From an uncultured Gammaproteobacteria bacterium (GTDB lineage Bacteria; Patescibacteriota; Microgenomatia; Levybacterales; GWA1-39-11), in contig CAZIAP010000003.1 in NCBI GenBank assembly GCA_964537315.1, positions 75,919 through 139,918 of the forward strand: a DNA stretch of 64,000 bases, in the 5' to 3' direction. This document shows, piece by piece, positions 1-9,459 of this stretch. A program made the position numbers and the translations under genes. The notes under the pieces were generated by a model. That model ran no database searches. It was not told where the DNA came from and saw nothing but the letters and a program-made list of their open reading frames with translations. Every line of letters starts with the position of its first letter. The first letter of the stretch is position 1.

Positions 1-156
1 GGTAAGCGTAGGGGGGAGATTTCTGTAGATAAGGATAAAATAGATGATCGGACAGTTGTTGAAAAGATGGCAAAAGAAGAAGTATTTAAATATCTTAATT
101 CTCCTGTAAAAAAAGTCATATACGTACCTGGAAAGATTCTCAACTTTGTTATTTAA
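1..156 (+). CDS. 3' end of a CDS that starts upstream of the window (C-terminal 51 aa ...VEKMAKEEVFKYLNSPVKKVIYVPGKILNFVI*)
   Basis: Frame 1 is open from base 1 to TAA at 154-156. No motif recognised. Confidence 0.35.
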   Translation, partial: GKRRGEISVDKDKIDDRTVVEKMAKEEVFKYLNSPVKKVIYVPGKILNFVI

Positions 157-368
157 GTTTTTTCATAGCTTGTGTTACAGGCTTTCCAGGTATATTTTAG
201 ATCTTTCTATTTTGTGATATACTTCCACTCATTAATTCAATATCTTGATATTGTTTGAGATAGTTGAGTTCGTTCATTAAAATACAATGAGTAGCATGCT
301 GAAGCTCTTGTTCAGGGTTTGAGCGTGCTGCTCATGCGGGCAGGCATAAAATTAGAAAGGAAAAGAAT

Positions 369-1184
369 GTGATTGCGGACCTACTGCCTCGCTATTATGA
401 GGCATTTGGAAATGATGTCACTTATAACACTATTCACTCCTTTATCATTCAAGGACATGAAGTAGCTTGGATGGAAATGAGTGGGTATAATTACACTTTC
501 AGAAGCCTTCACTGTGAATGCTATTTCACAGAAGAAGTCGGCTGGAGAATTGACAACGGACGAATTAATCTTGAAGGCGAGAAGATATGTCTGTATAGAC
601 AGGCGATCATCCATCTGAGGCATCTCGAGCTTCGTCAAGAGTATCAGAAACGTTACCAATCAGACAGGATAGTAAGTCATTTACTTGGAAGTCTGAACCT
701 TAATACAGTTATTCTTGACTTAATGCAAAAAGTGAGAGATGGTGAGTTTATAGGAGAGGATGGAAGTGGAGCTGCTTTCTATGGAGGGTACTTTTACCTT
801 CAAACCGTAATGGCAATATCTGACATGCATCCAAAGCAGGTTTGGGAGGCTGCCAAACAGTTGGTTGAGGAGGGAAAGATCTCTCTTGAAGGATCAATTA
901 TCCAAGATTATCGCGAACCCCCTGCTCCTGAATGGACAGAAGAGTTCAGAATAGAAGAAGATGGTTGGGTAGGAATTGCACACTTACCGGCTCATTCAAA
1001 AATGACACAGGTGTGGAAGCTTGATGTAATGAGTGCAGATGGCTTAGAAGCCTCTGAGCCAAACTATGATTTACATCTTTCCCATCGTCCAGATTTTGGA
1101 CCTGATGTCGACGATGTCACAGAAGCTGAAATAAAACTTCAGCAACTAATTAGCCATGTGAAAATTGGCAACAAAGCACCGTAA
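369..1184 (+). CDS. hypothetical protein (271 aa)
   Basis: Long ORF with a GTG start and AAAGGAAAAG 5 nt upstream as RBS. No recognisable motif. Confidence 0.6.
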   Translation: MIADLLPRYYEAFGNDVTYNTIHSFIIQGHEVAWMEMSGYNYTFRSLHCECYFTEEVGWRIDNGRINLEGEKICLYRQAIIHLRHLELRQEYQKRYQSDRIVSHLLGSLNLNTVILDLMQKVRDGEFIGEDGSGAAFYGGYFYLQTVMAISDMHPKQVWEAAKQLVEEGKISLEGSIIQDYREPPAPEWTEEFRIEEDGWVGIAHLPAHSKMTQVWKLDVMSADGLEASEPNYDLHLSHRPDFGPDVDDVTEAEIKLQQLISHVKIGNKAP

Positions 1185-1336
1185 GGTAGCAAGGGAGACT
1201 AAGACACTCAGCTGCATATGCAGCCGAAAAGAGTAACTTAGGGTTTTTTCTTAAATACCCCAAGGTGCTTTTTTCGTGGAGATTTTCTCTCTTGCAGTAC
1301 TCTTTTTTTCCTGATACTCTGAATTTGAGAACAATT

Positions 1337-1912
1337 ATGGATGAGCAGACGACTGCTTTCCTTAAAAATTACGGCCTCATTATTCTCCTTGCTGTGGCAG
1401 GCATCGCTTTTTTTGGCTTCGGTATACTTCAACTTCAACAACCTGACACACCTGTTATAGTTGCCGATGATCAGGACTCAACTGAGTCTGGAGAAATAGT
1501 GATTGATGTTGGTGGAGCTGTCTTAGAGCCTGGTGTATATAGCCTACCTGCCTCCTCGCGGATAGCAGACGCACTCACTCGAGCTGGAGGAATAACCGAT
1601 GAAGCAGATACAGTGTATATTTCCAAGACAATAAATAGGGCACAGCCTCTTCAGGATGGCCAGAAAGTATATATTCCTCGAAAATCAGAAGTCGTTAGCT
1701 CTACCCAGTTAAAGCCGGAACAAACTTCCGGGCTGATTAATATCAATACGGCGAGTTCATCAGAGTTAGATACCCTTCCCGGTGTAGGGCCTGTAACCTC
1801 AGAAAAAATAATTACTAATAGGCCATATACAAAAGTAGAAGATCTAGTTGATAAAAAAGTCGTATCTGAGTCAGTTTTTGAAAAGCTGCGTGAACAGATA
1901 ACGGTATACTAA
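1337..1912 (+). CDS. comEA: competence protein ComEA (membrane-anchored helix-hairpin-helix DNA-binding protein)
   Basis: N-terminal TM segment (LIILLAVAGIAFFGFGI). C-terminal tandem HhH motif INTASSSELDTLPGVGPVTSEKII. Start taken at the internal ATG at 1337; the track ORF starts at 1265. Confidence 0.8.
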   Translation: MDEQTTAFLKNYGLIILLAVAGIAFFGFGILQLQQPDTPVIVADDQDSTESGEIVIDVGGAVLEPGVYSLPASSRIADALTRAGGITDEADTVYISKTINRAQPLQDGQKVYIPRKSEVVSSTQLKPEQTSGLININTASSSELDTLPGVGPVTSEKIITNRPYTKVEDLVDKKVVSESVFEKLREQITVY

Positions 1913-1913
1913 G

Positions 1914-3140
1914 ATGAAACAACTTCTTGCTGTTGGATTTTTTTTAGTCCTGATTTTAGGTATCAGATTATATCTCCACTCAGTTCATCCTGCTAAATAT
2001 CAGCCCAATACTCATGTTGAAATTACTGGAATTATCTGGAATGAGCCACAAAGATATGGTCAGATACAGAAGGTGAAAGTGGATGATGTAGTGTTCGTCT
2101 TGCCTGAATACCCAAGGTATGAGTATGGACAAAAACTTAGTTTATCAGGAATTTTAGAAGAAAATACTTTTACTAGCAAAAGTGGAGAAGAGGTCACAGA
2201 GTTAGTTGTTAATAATCCTGAGATTCGTAAGGTTTCTACACCAATCATAATTGGACAAGCTGCATGGATGAGATCTCGCATTATCACAGTATTAACACGA
2301 GTGCTGCCTGTGGATGAAGCCGCTCTTTTACTAGGTGTGACCCTTGGTGTGCGAACTGAGTTCAGCGATGAGTTGCTCGATACCTTTACTCAGACGGGCA
2401 TCTTGCATGTAGTCGCAGCCTCAGGAAGTAACGTGGCTATAGTTGCAGGAGTCATGCTTTTTAGCCTTGAGAGAGTAACAAAGCGTAAGATCTCGATCCT
2501 GAGTACAGGGGCTGCTATCCTATGGTATGCCTTACTTGCTGGATTTGATCCTGCAATTATTCGAGCAAGCTTAATGGCGGTTATTGCCTTGACAGCACAG
2601 TTACTTGGTCGTCAGCGTATCTCTTATTTTATTTTACTACTTACTATATGGATAATGGTCATGGTAAGTCCAGATATCTGGAAAAATGTAGGATTTTTAC
2701 TTTCTGTATCTGCAACAGGTGGAATTATTACGTTAAAACCTTACTTTGATCATTTGTTCAGACGAGCAGGGTTTATTAAAGATGATTTGGGTACAACAAT
2801 CGCCGCTCAGTGGGGAAGTCTTCCGATTCTCGTTGGGACTTTTGGAAACTTTGCTCCTTTGTCCTTAATAGTAAACCTAGCGGTCTTATGGGTTGTGCCA
2901 TTAATTATGATACTTGGTTTATTATCTTCATTTGGAGCAATCATCTACCCAAGCCTCGCAATGCCATTTGCTTATATGGCATATCCTTTTTTATTTTTCT
3001 TTCTAGCAGTAGTCAAGGCGTCGTCCTATTTTGTTGAATCAATTTCAATCATAAAATTATCGCCACTGATATCTATATCATACTATTTCATTTCTATATC
3101 AATTATTCTATATCTAAAGCTAAATCATGTCAAAAGTTAA
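1914..3140 (+). CDS. comEC: ComEC/Rec2 N-terminal part (DUF4131-like OB region plus polytopic competence domain)
   Basis: Competence-domain signature GILHVVAASGSNVAIVAGVMLF and many TM helices. The ORF ends 14 nt inside the next ORF. Confidence 0.8.
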   Translation: MKQLLAVGFFLVLILGIRLYLHSVHPAKYQPNTHVEITGIIWNEPQRYGQIQKVKVDDVVFVLPEYPRYEYGQKLSLSGILEENTFTSKSGEEVTELVVNNPEIRKVSTPIIIGQAAWMRSRIITVLTRVLPVDEAALLLGVTLGVRTEFSDELLDTFTQTGILHVVAASGSNVAIVAGVMLFSLERVTKRKISILSTGAAILWYALLAGFDPAIIRASLMAVIALTAQLLGRQRISYFILLLTIWIMVMVSPDIWKNVGFLLSVSATGGIITLKPYFDHLFRRAGFIKDDLGTTIAAQWGSLPILVGTFGNFAPLSLIVNLAVLWVVPLIMILGLLSSFGAIIYPSLAMPFAYMAYPFLFFFLAVVKASSYFVESISIIKLSPLISISYYFISISIILYLKLNHVKS

Positions 3141-4032
3141 GCTGTGTATAGTATTAGGGTTTTTGTTGTTATTAATCCTTGCCACGTCACAATTACAGAA
3201 AAGTTTTGATGGCAAGCTGCACGTAGTGATATGCGATGTTGGCCAAGGAGATGCTATTTTTATTAGAACACCAGCCGGAAAGGAAATGATCATTGATGGA
3301 GGACCTGATGAATCTGTTTTAAGCTGTTTAGATGAATATAGACCTTTCTGGGATCGATCGTTAGATGTGATGGTGCTCACTCATCCTCATTATGATCATT
3401 TCAGAGGACTAATTGATGTATTGGATCGGTATGCTGTTAGATTGATACTCCAGGAACCAATAGATAATACTTCTGAGGCATATAAAGTGTTTACTCAAGC
3501 AGCTGAGAATGAGAAGTCTAACCTAAAGACCTCCACAAAAGGAACAACTATTATATTTGCTGATGGAGTAGAATTAAAAGTACTCGGACCTGATCAGGCA
3601 TTTCTCAGTAAGGAGAACCCAAGAGGCATTATAGGCAATGATAATCCGCCGTCACTCATTATGCATCTTTCATATAACTCATTTGATTTGTTACTAACTG
3701 GTGACAGTGATGGTCAAGATCTAGAAAGGTTTGTGCCTGCAGGACTATCAATAGATGCGTTAGTACTTCCTCATCATGGATCTAAAAATGGATATACACC
3801 TGCTGCTTCTAAGTATATTATACCAATAATTGGTATAATTTCTGCGGGTAAAGATAATTCATATGGTCACCCTCATCAGTCAGTACTCACAGAGTTACAA
3901 AAACATAACTCAGTTGTGCTGCGCACAGATTTGCAAGGCAATATCCATTTAATTATAGATAAAAACGGCAATATTTTTATCTCACCGGAGTCTAAGAGTT
4001 ATTCACCTATTGCAATTTTTCAATCTCAGTGA
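3127..4032 (+). CDS. comEC: ComEC C-terminal metallo-beta-lactamase domain protein (separate ORF)
   Basis: MBL motifs HVVICDVGQGDAIFI, VLTHPHYDHFRGL and LPHHGS. Own N-terminal hydrophobic anchor (LCIVLGFLLLLILATS). Overlaps the upstream ORF by 14 nt in a different frame. Confidence 0.8.
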   Translation: MSKVKLCIVLGFLLLLILATSQLQKSFDGKLHVVICDVGQGDAIFIRTPAGKEMIIDGGPDESVLSCLDEYRPFWDRSLDVMVLTHPHYDHFRGLIDVLDRYAVRLILQEPIDNTSEAYKVFTQAAENEKSNLKTSTKGTTIIFADGVELKVLGPDQAFLSKENPRGIIGNDNPPSLIMHLSYNSFDLLLTGDSDGQDLERFVPAGLSIDALVLPHHGSKNGYTPAASKYIIPIIGIISAGKDNSYGHPHQSVLTELQKHNSVVLRTDLQGNIHLIIDKNGNIFISPESKSYSPIAIFQSQ

Positions 4033-4067
4033 TAGTCTAAAGTTAGTTATCAATAAAACTAACAGAT

Positions 4068-4430
4068 ATGAAAATTCTTATAGTAGATGATGAAGTAGAG
4101 CTTGCGCAAGTTTTTGACGCTGCTCTCCGTGGCGCTGGTTATGAAGTTAAAATAGCCACTAATGGTAAAAGCGCGCTAGATATGGCAAAAGCAGAGCAGT
4201 TTGATCTGATAATGCTAGATCAGATGATGCCTGACATGTCAGGAAATGAAGTATTAAAAGCCTTGAAGGCAGATCCTGCTACTGCTACTTTTAAAGTTGC
4301 AATGCTTACAAACTTTGGTCACGATGAGATGGTGAAAGAGGCTCTCTTTGCCGGTGCAGTAGATTATATTCTCAAATATCAGGTATCAGGCGATGACATT
4401 GTTACAAAAGTAAAAAGTCTTATTGGCTAG
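4068..4430 (+). CDS. response regulator, receiver domain only (CheY-like)
   Basis: MKILIVDDE...D...LIMLDQMMPDMSG...K receiver motifs. No output domain (120 aa). Confidence 0.8.
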   Translation: MKILIVDDEVELAQVFDAALRGAGYEVKIATNGKSALDMAKAEQFDLIMLDQMMPDMSGNEVLKALKADPATATFKVAMLTNFGHDEMVKEALFAGAVDYILKYQVSGDDIVTKVKSLIG

Positions 4431-4725
4431 CATGCTTCAAACATCACAAACTGATTATAAAAGTATCCTCTCCGAATTTTTACAGCATCAGATTACTATT
4501 TTTGGTCCACAAGCTGTGAGTAACAAGATATCAGACGTCAAGGGTTTAGTCTTTGACAAGGATGGAGTAGTGAAAGATATCTTGGGAGATCCGCATACGG
4601 TCTTGCAAGAGGTTGCAGCTAAACTTGAATCTCTCTCAGAGTATGCAGTAAAGACTTCATTTGATCGTATACTTGCTGCACACTCTGCTGAAAATCCTCC
4701 GCCAGTATCAAACGTCTCACTCTAG
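4423..4725 (+). CDS. hypothetical protein (100 aa) between response regulator and kinase
   Basis: ORF overlaps the stop of the receiver gene by 8 nt (translational coupling). No motif recognised. Confidence 0.5.
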   Translation: MASMLQTSQTDYKSILSEFLQHQITIFGPQAVSNKISDVKGLVFDKDGVVKDILGDPHTVLQEVAAKLESLSEYAVKTSFDRILAAHSAENPPPVSNVSL

Positions 4726-4783
4726 AACAGTCTGGATCAAAAACTTGACACACGTCAGGATTTAAGGTTGCATATAAGTAGGT

Positions 4784-6523
4784 ATGGAAATTACCATAAT
4801 CGTTTTAGGCTTACTATTCTTCTCAAGCATCATCCTCTCTGGTGTGGTTATTCATCTATTACGCCGTGATGATCAAAAGAAAGCAGAGTTGGGTCTTCAA
4901 AAAAGAGAAGCGACTCGTAAGTTTTACGAAGCCAAAGTACTACAGGAAATTTCAGAACAAATAGGATATTCCTTGACAGGGAAGTCGGTCGCAGAAACTA
5001 TCATACGTTCCTTTGAAAATTTGTATGGTGTCTCTTGTGTTACATATGTGCTGATCGAAAATCATTCGATAATTCAAAAATCAGTCTTAAAAGAAGCTAT
5101 TGGTCAAAAGTATGTCGACAAGATACATCAAGTATCACTTAACTCGCTGTATGCTTTGGAAGAACCAGTTAAAGGATATCATGTTGCTGTACAAGTTCAA
5201 CAGAGCAAAGAGATAAAAAGCTATATTGCTTTACATTTTGATCCACTTCCTCAGTCATACTTTACAGTACCTTTAGTTATAAATAATACTTGTGTAGGGG
5301 TAATTACTGTTTCTTCTCGACTGCGGGATGCATTTTCTAAAGAGGACATGGATATGGTATACAAAGTAGTTAAACAAGCAGTAAAAGCGACAGAGCGAAT
5401 GGAGAGTCTTATTCAGGCTGAAAACAGCAGAATGATTAACCTAGTTTCCAGTATTCCTACCCCTGCAATTTTATTTGTAAAAGAAGGCAATAGGCTTAAA
5501 ATATCTGCCGCAAACCCAATTGCGACAGAGATCCTCAAGCTCCCTGCAAATCCATCTATTGATGATATCGTATGGAGTGTTGAGGGGAACTTAGATCTGC
5601 ATAAGCTGATCGAAGAAGTATATGAAGGGGGTAAGAGCGTCTTTTTGAAAGAGGTAGCTTTGAAAAACCGTTACTACAAAGTTTATATCAATCCAGTGTA
5701 TACGATTACCCAGGACTCAGTTGTAGGGGCAACACTGTCCCTACTTGACGTAACGTTAGAAATGGAGTCAGAGAAGCTAAGGGAGAAGTTTACCAATATG
5801 GTAGTACACGAACTGAGAGCTCCAATGACCTCTATAAAGGGAGGTGCAGGACTGTTATTAAAGGGTACGTTGTCTAAAGAGGATACTGAAAAAATGCTTC
5901 ATATTATCTCTGATTCCTCAGAGCGTATGTTGACACAGATTAATGATCTCCTTGATGCTGCAAAACTTGAAGCTGGTAAATTTGCTATCGCACCTGCGCG
6001 GGCAAATATTAATGAAATAGTTCAGACAAAAGTGGATAGCTTTTCATACCTCGCGTCCACTAAGCAGATTACTCTTACATGTGAACTAGATAAGTCAATT
6101 GAAGAGTTTAATTTTGATAAGATGCGAATTGATCAGGTAATCACCAATTTGATATCAAACAGTCTGAAGTTCACTCAAACTAACGGTCACATTACGATCA
6201 AAACTGAGAATAAAAACAATGAAGTGGTAGTATCTGTAGTGGATGATGGAATGGGAGTTCCTGCAGGAAAACAAAATCTGTTATTTGTACCTTTCAGTCA
6301 GATGCAGAGCGCGTTTAGAAGAGATGGTTCAGGACTTGGATTATATATCTCAAGAGGAATTATAGAGTCACACGGAGGTAAAATTTGGATGAATTCCCAA
6401 GAAGGTAAAGGTACAACTGTAAGCTTTTCTATTCCTACAAACATAAAACCTGACTCAGAATCACTGACTCCACCGCACGTTCCTTCACAGCCCATTATGC
6501 CACGGGAAAAAGTAGTGAACTGA
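4784..6523 (+). CDS. sensor histidine kinase (one TM helix, sensor region, HisKA + HATPase_c)
   Basis: H-box HELRAPMTSIKGG. N/G boxes DDGMGVPAGK and GSGLGLYISRGIIESHGGKIWMNSQEGKGTTVSF. Confidence 0.85.
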   Translation: MEITIIVLGLLFFSSIILSGVVIHLLRRDDQKKAELGLQKREATRKFYEAKVLQEISEQIGYSLTGKSVAETIIRSFENLYGVSCVTYVLIENHSIIQKSVLKEAIGQKYVDKIHQVSLNSLYALEEPVKGYHVAVQVQQSKEIKSYIALHFDPLPQSYFTVPLVINNTCVGVITVSSRLRDAFSKEDMDMVYKVVKQAVKATERMESLIQAENSRMINLVSSIPTPAILFVKEGNRLKISAANPIATEILKLPANPSIDDIVWSVEGNLDLHKLIEEVYEGGKSVFLKEVALKNRYYKVYINPVYTITQDSVVGATLSLLDVTLEMESEKLREKFTNMVVHELRAPMTSIKGGAGLLLKGTLSKEDTEKMLHIISDSSERMLTQINDLLDAAKLEAGKFAIAPARANINEIVQTKVDSFSYLASTKQITLTCELDKSIEEFNFDKMRIDQVITNLISNSLKFTQTNGHITIKTENKNNEVVVSVVDDGMGVPAGKQNLLFVPFSQMQSAFRRDGSGLGLYISRGIIESHGGKIWMNSQEGKGTTVSFSIPTNIKPDSESLTPPHVPSQPIMPREKVVN

Positions 6524-6530
6524 TCTCTGT

Positions 6531-8051
6531 TTATTGTATAAATTTTTCAAGCAGTACCTGTTTGAGCTCTTGATTTAACCCATCATACCCAAGAGCCCAG
6601 ATCGCTACGCCTTGTAGACCTTTATTAAGTACAAAATCATATTTGAGTCCTAGTGACCGTGCGTTGTCAAAATGCGCCGTAAATTTACGGTCTGTATCGG
6701 GATCTTTATAAGAAAAGTAAGGGGTCTGACTAGTGCTGTTCCATTGTAGAGTGACATTTTTGCTCATATCTGATAGCTGGGCATAAGAGATCGCTTTCCC
6801 GGGCTCACCAGTGTCTGGCCAGGCATATCCGTAATAAGGTACAGCAAGTATTAGCTTATCAGCTGAAACTCTTTCAAGATAGCTTTGTATAAATCCTGCA
6901 ATTCCCATAGGCCCTTCAAGAGGTGCTACAGGCCCTGCAGAACCCTTTGGCGTATGAATATCGTATCCCATGATAATAAATGCGTCTAAGTGGTCTTCTA
7001 GAAGCGATATCTCAAAGAAATCATTACGTGCCCCTGCAGTTACGTAGGTATCGACAGTCAGTAGTGCATCCGGTACTTGTCTCTTAAGTTCCTCGTTAAG
7101 ATTCGCGATTAGACGAATAAACCCTTGTTTGGTTTTTTCTGGCGCTACACCGATATACTCAAAATCTATATTTATTCCATCGAGGGATTTACTTTGAACA
7201 AGCTGCACAGCATTTGAAATAAATCTTTCTTGAGCTTGGTCAGACGTGGTTACACTCTCTATATTTGTATTATCAAACGCTTTAATAGTAACTAACACCT
7301 TAATTTTACGCTTCTTGACCCGTGCGAGAAATGAGTTTAATTTTTTATCATTCCACATCTTCCAACCTAGGTCAGGATTTTCTCCTCGGCTTATCATAAT
7401 ATTTCCCTTCCCGTCTGTTTCAAGGCCGAACAAATTTATTGACGTAAGCCCTTGAATATCTATTTGCTCCTCTCGTTCAAGCATCCAATAAGGGAAAAAG
7501 CCAACAACTTCCTTAGTTGGCTCTCCAGCGTATTTCAGAGTAATATTTGTAGCAGGGAAGGAAAAAACAGTATCCGGATTAAGCGGAGTCTGATTAGCAT
7601 ATACCACGTCTGGAGCAAGGACATCAAAAGGCTGATTTATGCTTGCAACTTCAACTATCTGATCTGAAAGAGGTAAGGACTTGTCAGTGAATGATACTCT
7701 GTGAAGTGTAAGTAGACTACCTACTGAAAAGATCACAATTATTGACGCTACTGTAGCTGTTCTTTTGTTAATTTTTGCTTTTAACTTTTGCTTAATCGAA
7801 GGCTCTTCTGGTTGGATTTCTTGAGTTTTTGGAGTTGAAGGAGTGAACTGGATTAAATTATCACTTTCAATCTCGGACAGAGCTTGGTGGAACTCGTCTT
7901 CAGTCACACCGATTTCCCTAGCATAGTCAACTGCTTGTTCGAACGAACTAGAAGGGTGGGAAATAATCCACTCTTTTATAAGTCTTATGCGGACAGGGTT
8001 ATTCATATGATTAAACGCATAAACTATATGCTGTAATTTCAGTATGCACAA
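6531..8051 (-). CDS. membrane-anchored glycoside hydrolase family 18-like protein
   Basis: GH18 catalytic-type motif LDGINIDFEY (DxxNxDxE). Cytoplasmic N-terminus, one TM helix (VASIIVIFSVGSLLTL), then the extracellular domain. The true start may be an internal Met. Confidence 0.7.
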   Translation of the reverse strand: MCILKLQHIVYAFNHMNNPVRIRLIKEWIISHPSSSFEQAVDYAREIGVTEDEFHQALSEIESDNLIQFTPSTPKTQEIQPEEPSIKQKLKAKINKRTATVASIIVIFSVGSLLTLHRVSFTDKSLPLSDQIVEVASINQPFDVLAPDVVYANQTPLNPDTVFSFPATNITLKYAGEPTKEVVGFFPYWMLEREEQIDIQGLTSINLFGLETDGKGNIMISRGENPDLGWKMWNDKKLNSFLARVKKRKIKVLVTIKAFDNTNIESVTTSDQAQERFISNAVQLVQSKSLDGINIDFEYIGVAPEKTKQGFIRLIANLNEELKRQVPDALLTVDTYVTAGARNDFFEISLLEDHLDAFIIMGYDIHTPKGSAGPVAPLEGPMGIAGFIQSYLERVSADKLILAVPYYGYAWPDTGEPGKAISYAQLSDMSKNVTLQWNSTSQTPYFSYKDPDTDRKFTAHFDNARSLGLKYDFVLNKGLQGVAIWALGYDGLNQELKQVLLEKFIQ

Positions 8052-8126
8052 AATGAAATAAAAAAGTCAAAGCGCAAAAGGCATTAATATTAAATAAAAT
8101 ATTCTACTGATAAATCTTGAACAGGC

Positions 8127-9332
8127 TTATTTCAGGCTGACTTTATAGAGGTTATATGGGGCACCTGGGATATTTAAATTAGTTAGTATGACTAGGTTAG
8201 ATCCATCCGGCCACACTGTGACAAAGTCTTCTAGGAAGGGTCCTGCATAGACTGTTGTATTATTTTGTCCATCAAATTCCATAATATTTACCTTTCCCTC
8301 ATCTACATAAAACAGGTGTCGTGAACTAGGGTGCCAGGAGAACTTAGGTACGGCACTCGAAGTTGAGTCATCATTTTTTTCCCACAGTAAGTAATTTCTG
8401 TCTTCTTTTATGTCGTAGCTGTATATATTACCGTCTTTTATTTCCCGGACTTCAGGAGTAGAGTTAGTTCCTTTTAAGCGTGGTGAGATAATTATAGGAA
8501 GGGTTGCGCTTCCGCTTGCCGTATAAAGTATTCGATCGTTTTCAGGAGCAATCTGCGCGTTCTTGAAGTGCTGAGTGTAAAAAGGTCGAAGTTTGCTATG
8601 TAGGGTTCTGGCTTGGCGTTCTTGCTCAGCAATGCGCTCTTGTTCCCACTGAGCTTGAATCTGAAAAATGGTTTGTGTAACATCTTGAGGAGTTTCTGAA
8701 AAGGAACTTGTATTCATGATGTAGTAAGCATTACCAAACTCGCCTGAAACCGATGCGAGTAGTTGATCTCCATCAGGTGAGAAAGTAAGTGTGGCATTAG
8801 AGAAGTCAGCTATTGTGTTATCTGTAAGCTGGGTTGATAGTCCTCCGATAGGTAGAATAGGGCGTGAGCTCATATTCATTAGATATATTCCATTCCGTCG
8901 TGCAAGAGATCCGTTCACTACGTAAGATATAAGTGAGTTAGTCTCATCGGAGGCTGCGTTCAAAGCTCCTGTTGTAGTTAGAGGATCGAGTTTTGGCGTA
9001 CTAGGGAAAAGCAGAGCATTTGCCTGACTTACCTCACCCTGTTTGACATTGATCTTTTTGTGCCAAGAGAAGTATCCGTCTTTTTCAATTCTTATATCAT
9101 ACTCACCAGGTTGAAGGTTTATTGTATTATCAGTAGCTGTTGTAAGATGGTTATTCACATATACTCGCGCTCCGTCTGGTCTACTTGTGAATACAATTAC
9201 TCCAGTACCTTCAACAAAAGTTTTTCCGTCTTCACGTGTAAGGCGATATCCGGAGGCAAAAAAGATTGCTACAGTCGTAATAATAATGAGTAGTGAGATT
9301 AGAGCAACAGAGCCGATAACTACTTTACGCAT
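8127..9332 (-). CDS. membrane-anchored protein with PEGA-like domain and TolB-like beta-propeller repeats
   Basis: N-terminal TM helix. PEGA-like stretch RVYVNN...LQPGEYDIRIEKDGY. Repeated (F/W)SPDG(D/S) segments. Confidence 0.55.
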   Translation of the reverse strand: MRKVVIGSVALISLLIIITTVAIFFASGYRLTREDGKTFVEGTGVIVFTSRPDGARVYVNNHLTTATDNTINLQPGEYDIRIEKDGYFSWHKKINVKQGEVSQANALLFPSTPKLDPLTTTGALNAASDETNSLISYVVNGSLARRNGIYLMNMSSRPILPIGGLSTQLTDNTIADFSNATLTFSPDGDQLLASVSGEFGNAYYIMNTSSFSETPQDVTQTIFQIQAQWEQERIAEQERQARTLHSKLRPFYTQHFKNAQIAPENDRILYTASGSATLPIIISPRLKGTNSTPEVREIKDGNIYSYDIKEDRNYLLWEKNDDSTSSAVPKFSWHPSSRHLFYVDEGKVNIMEFDGQNNTTVYAGPFLEDFVTVWPDGSNLVILTNLNIPGAPYNLYKVSLK

Positions 9333-9459
9333 ATACCTTAATTATAGTTTGTTACTGCATTTAGTGCAATGTTTCTTCCTTGTCTTGCACAACATTTGCT
9401 CTGAGACTATAATATATGAAGAATCCCGTATAAATGATATATTTGAGTAATAGTTAGAT

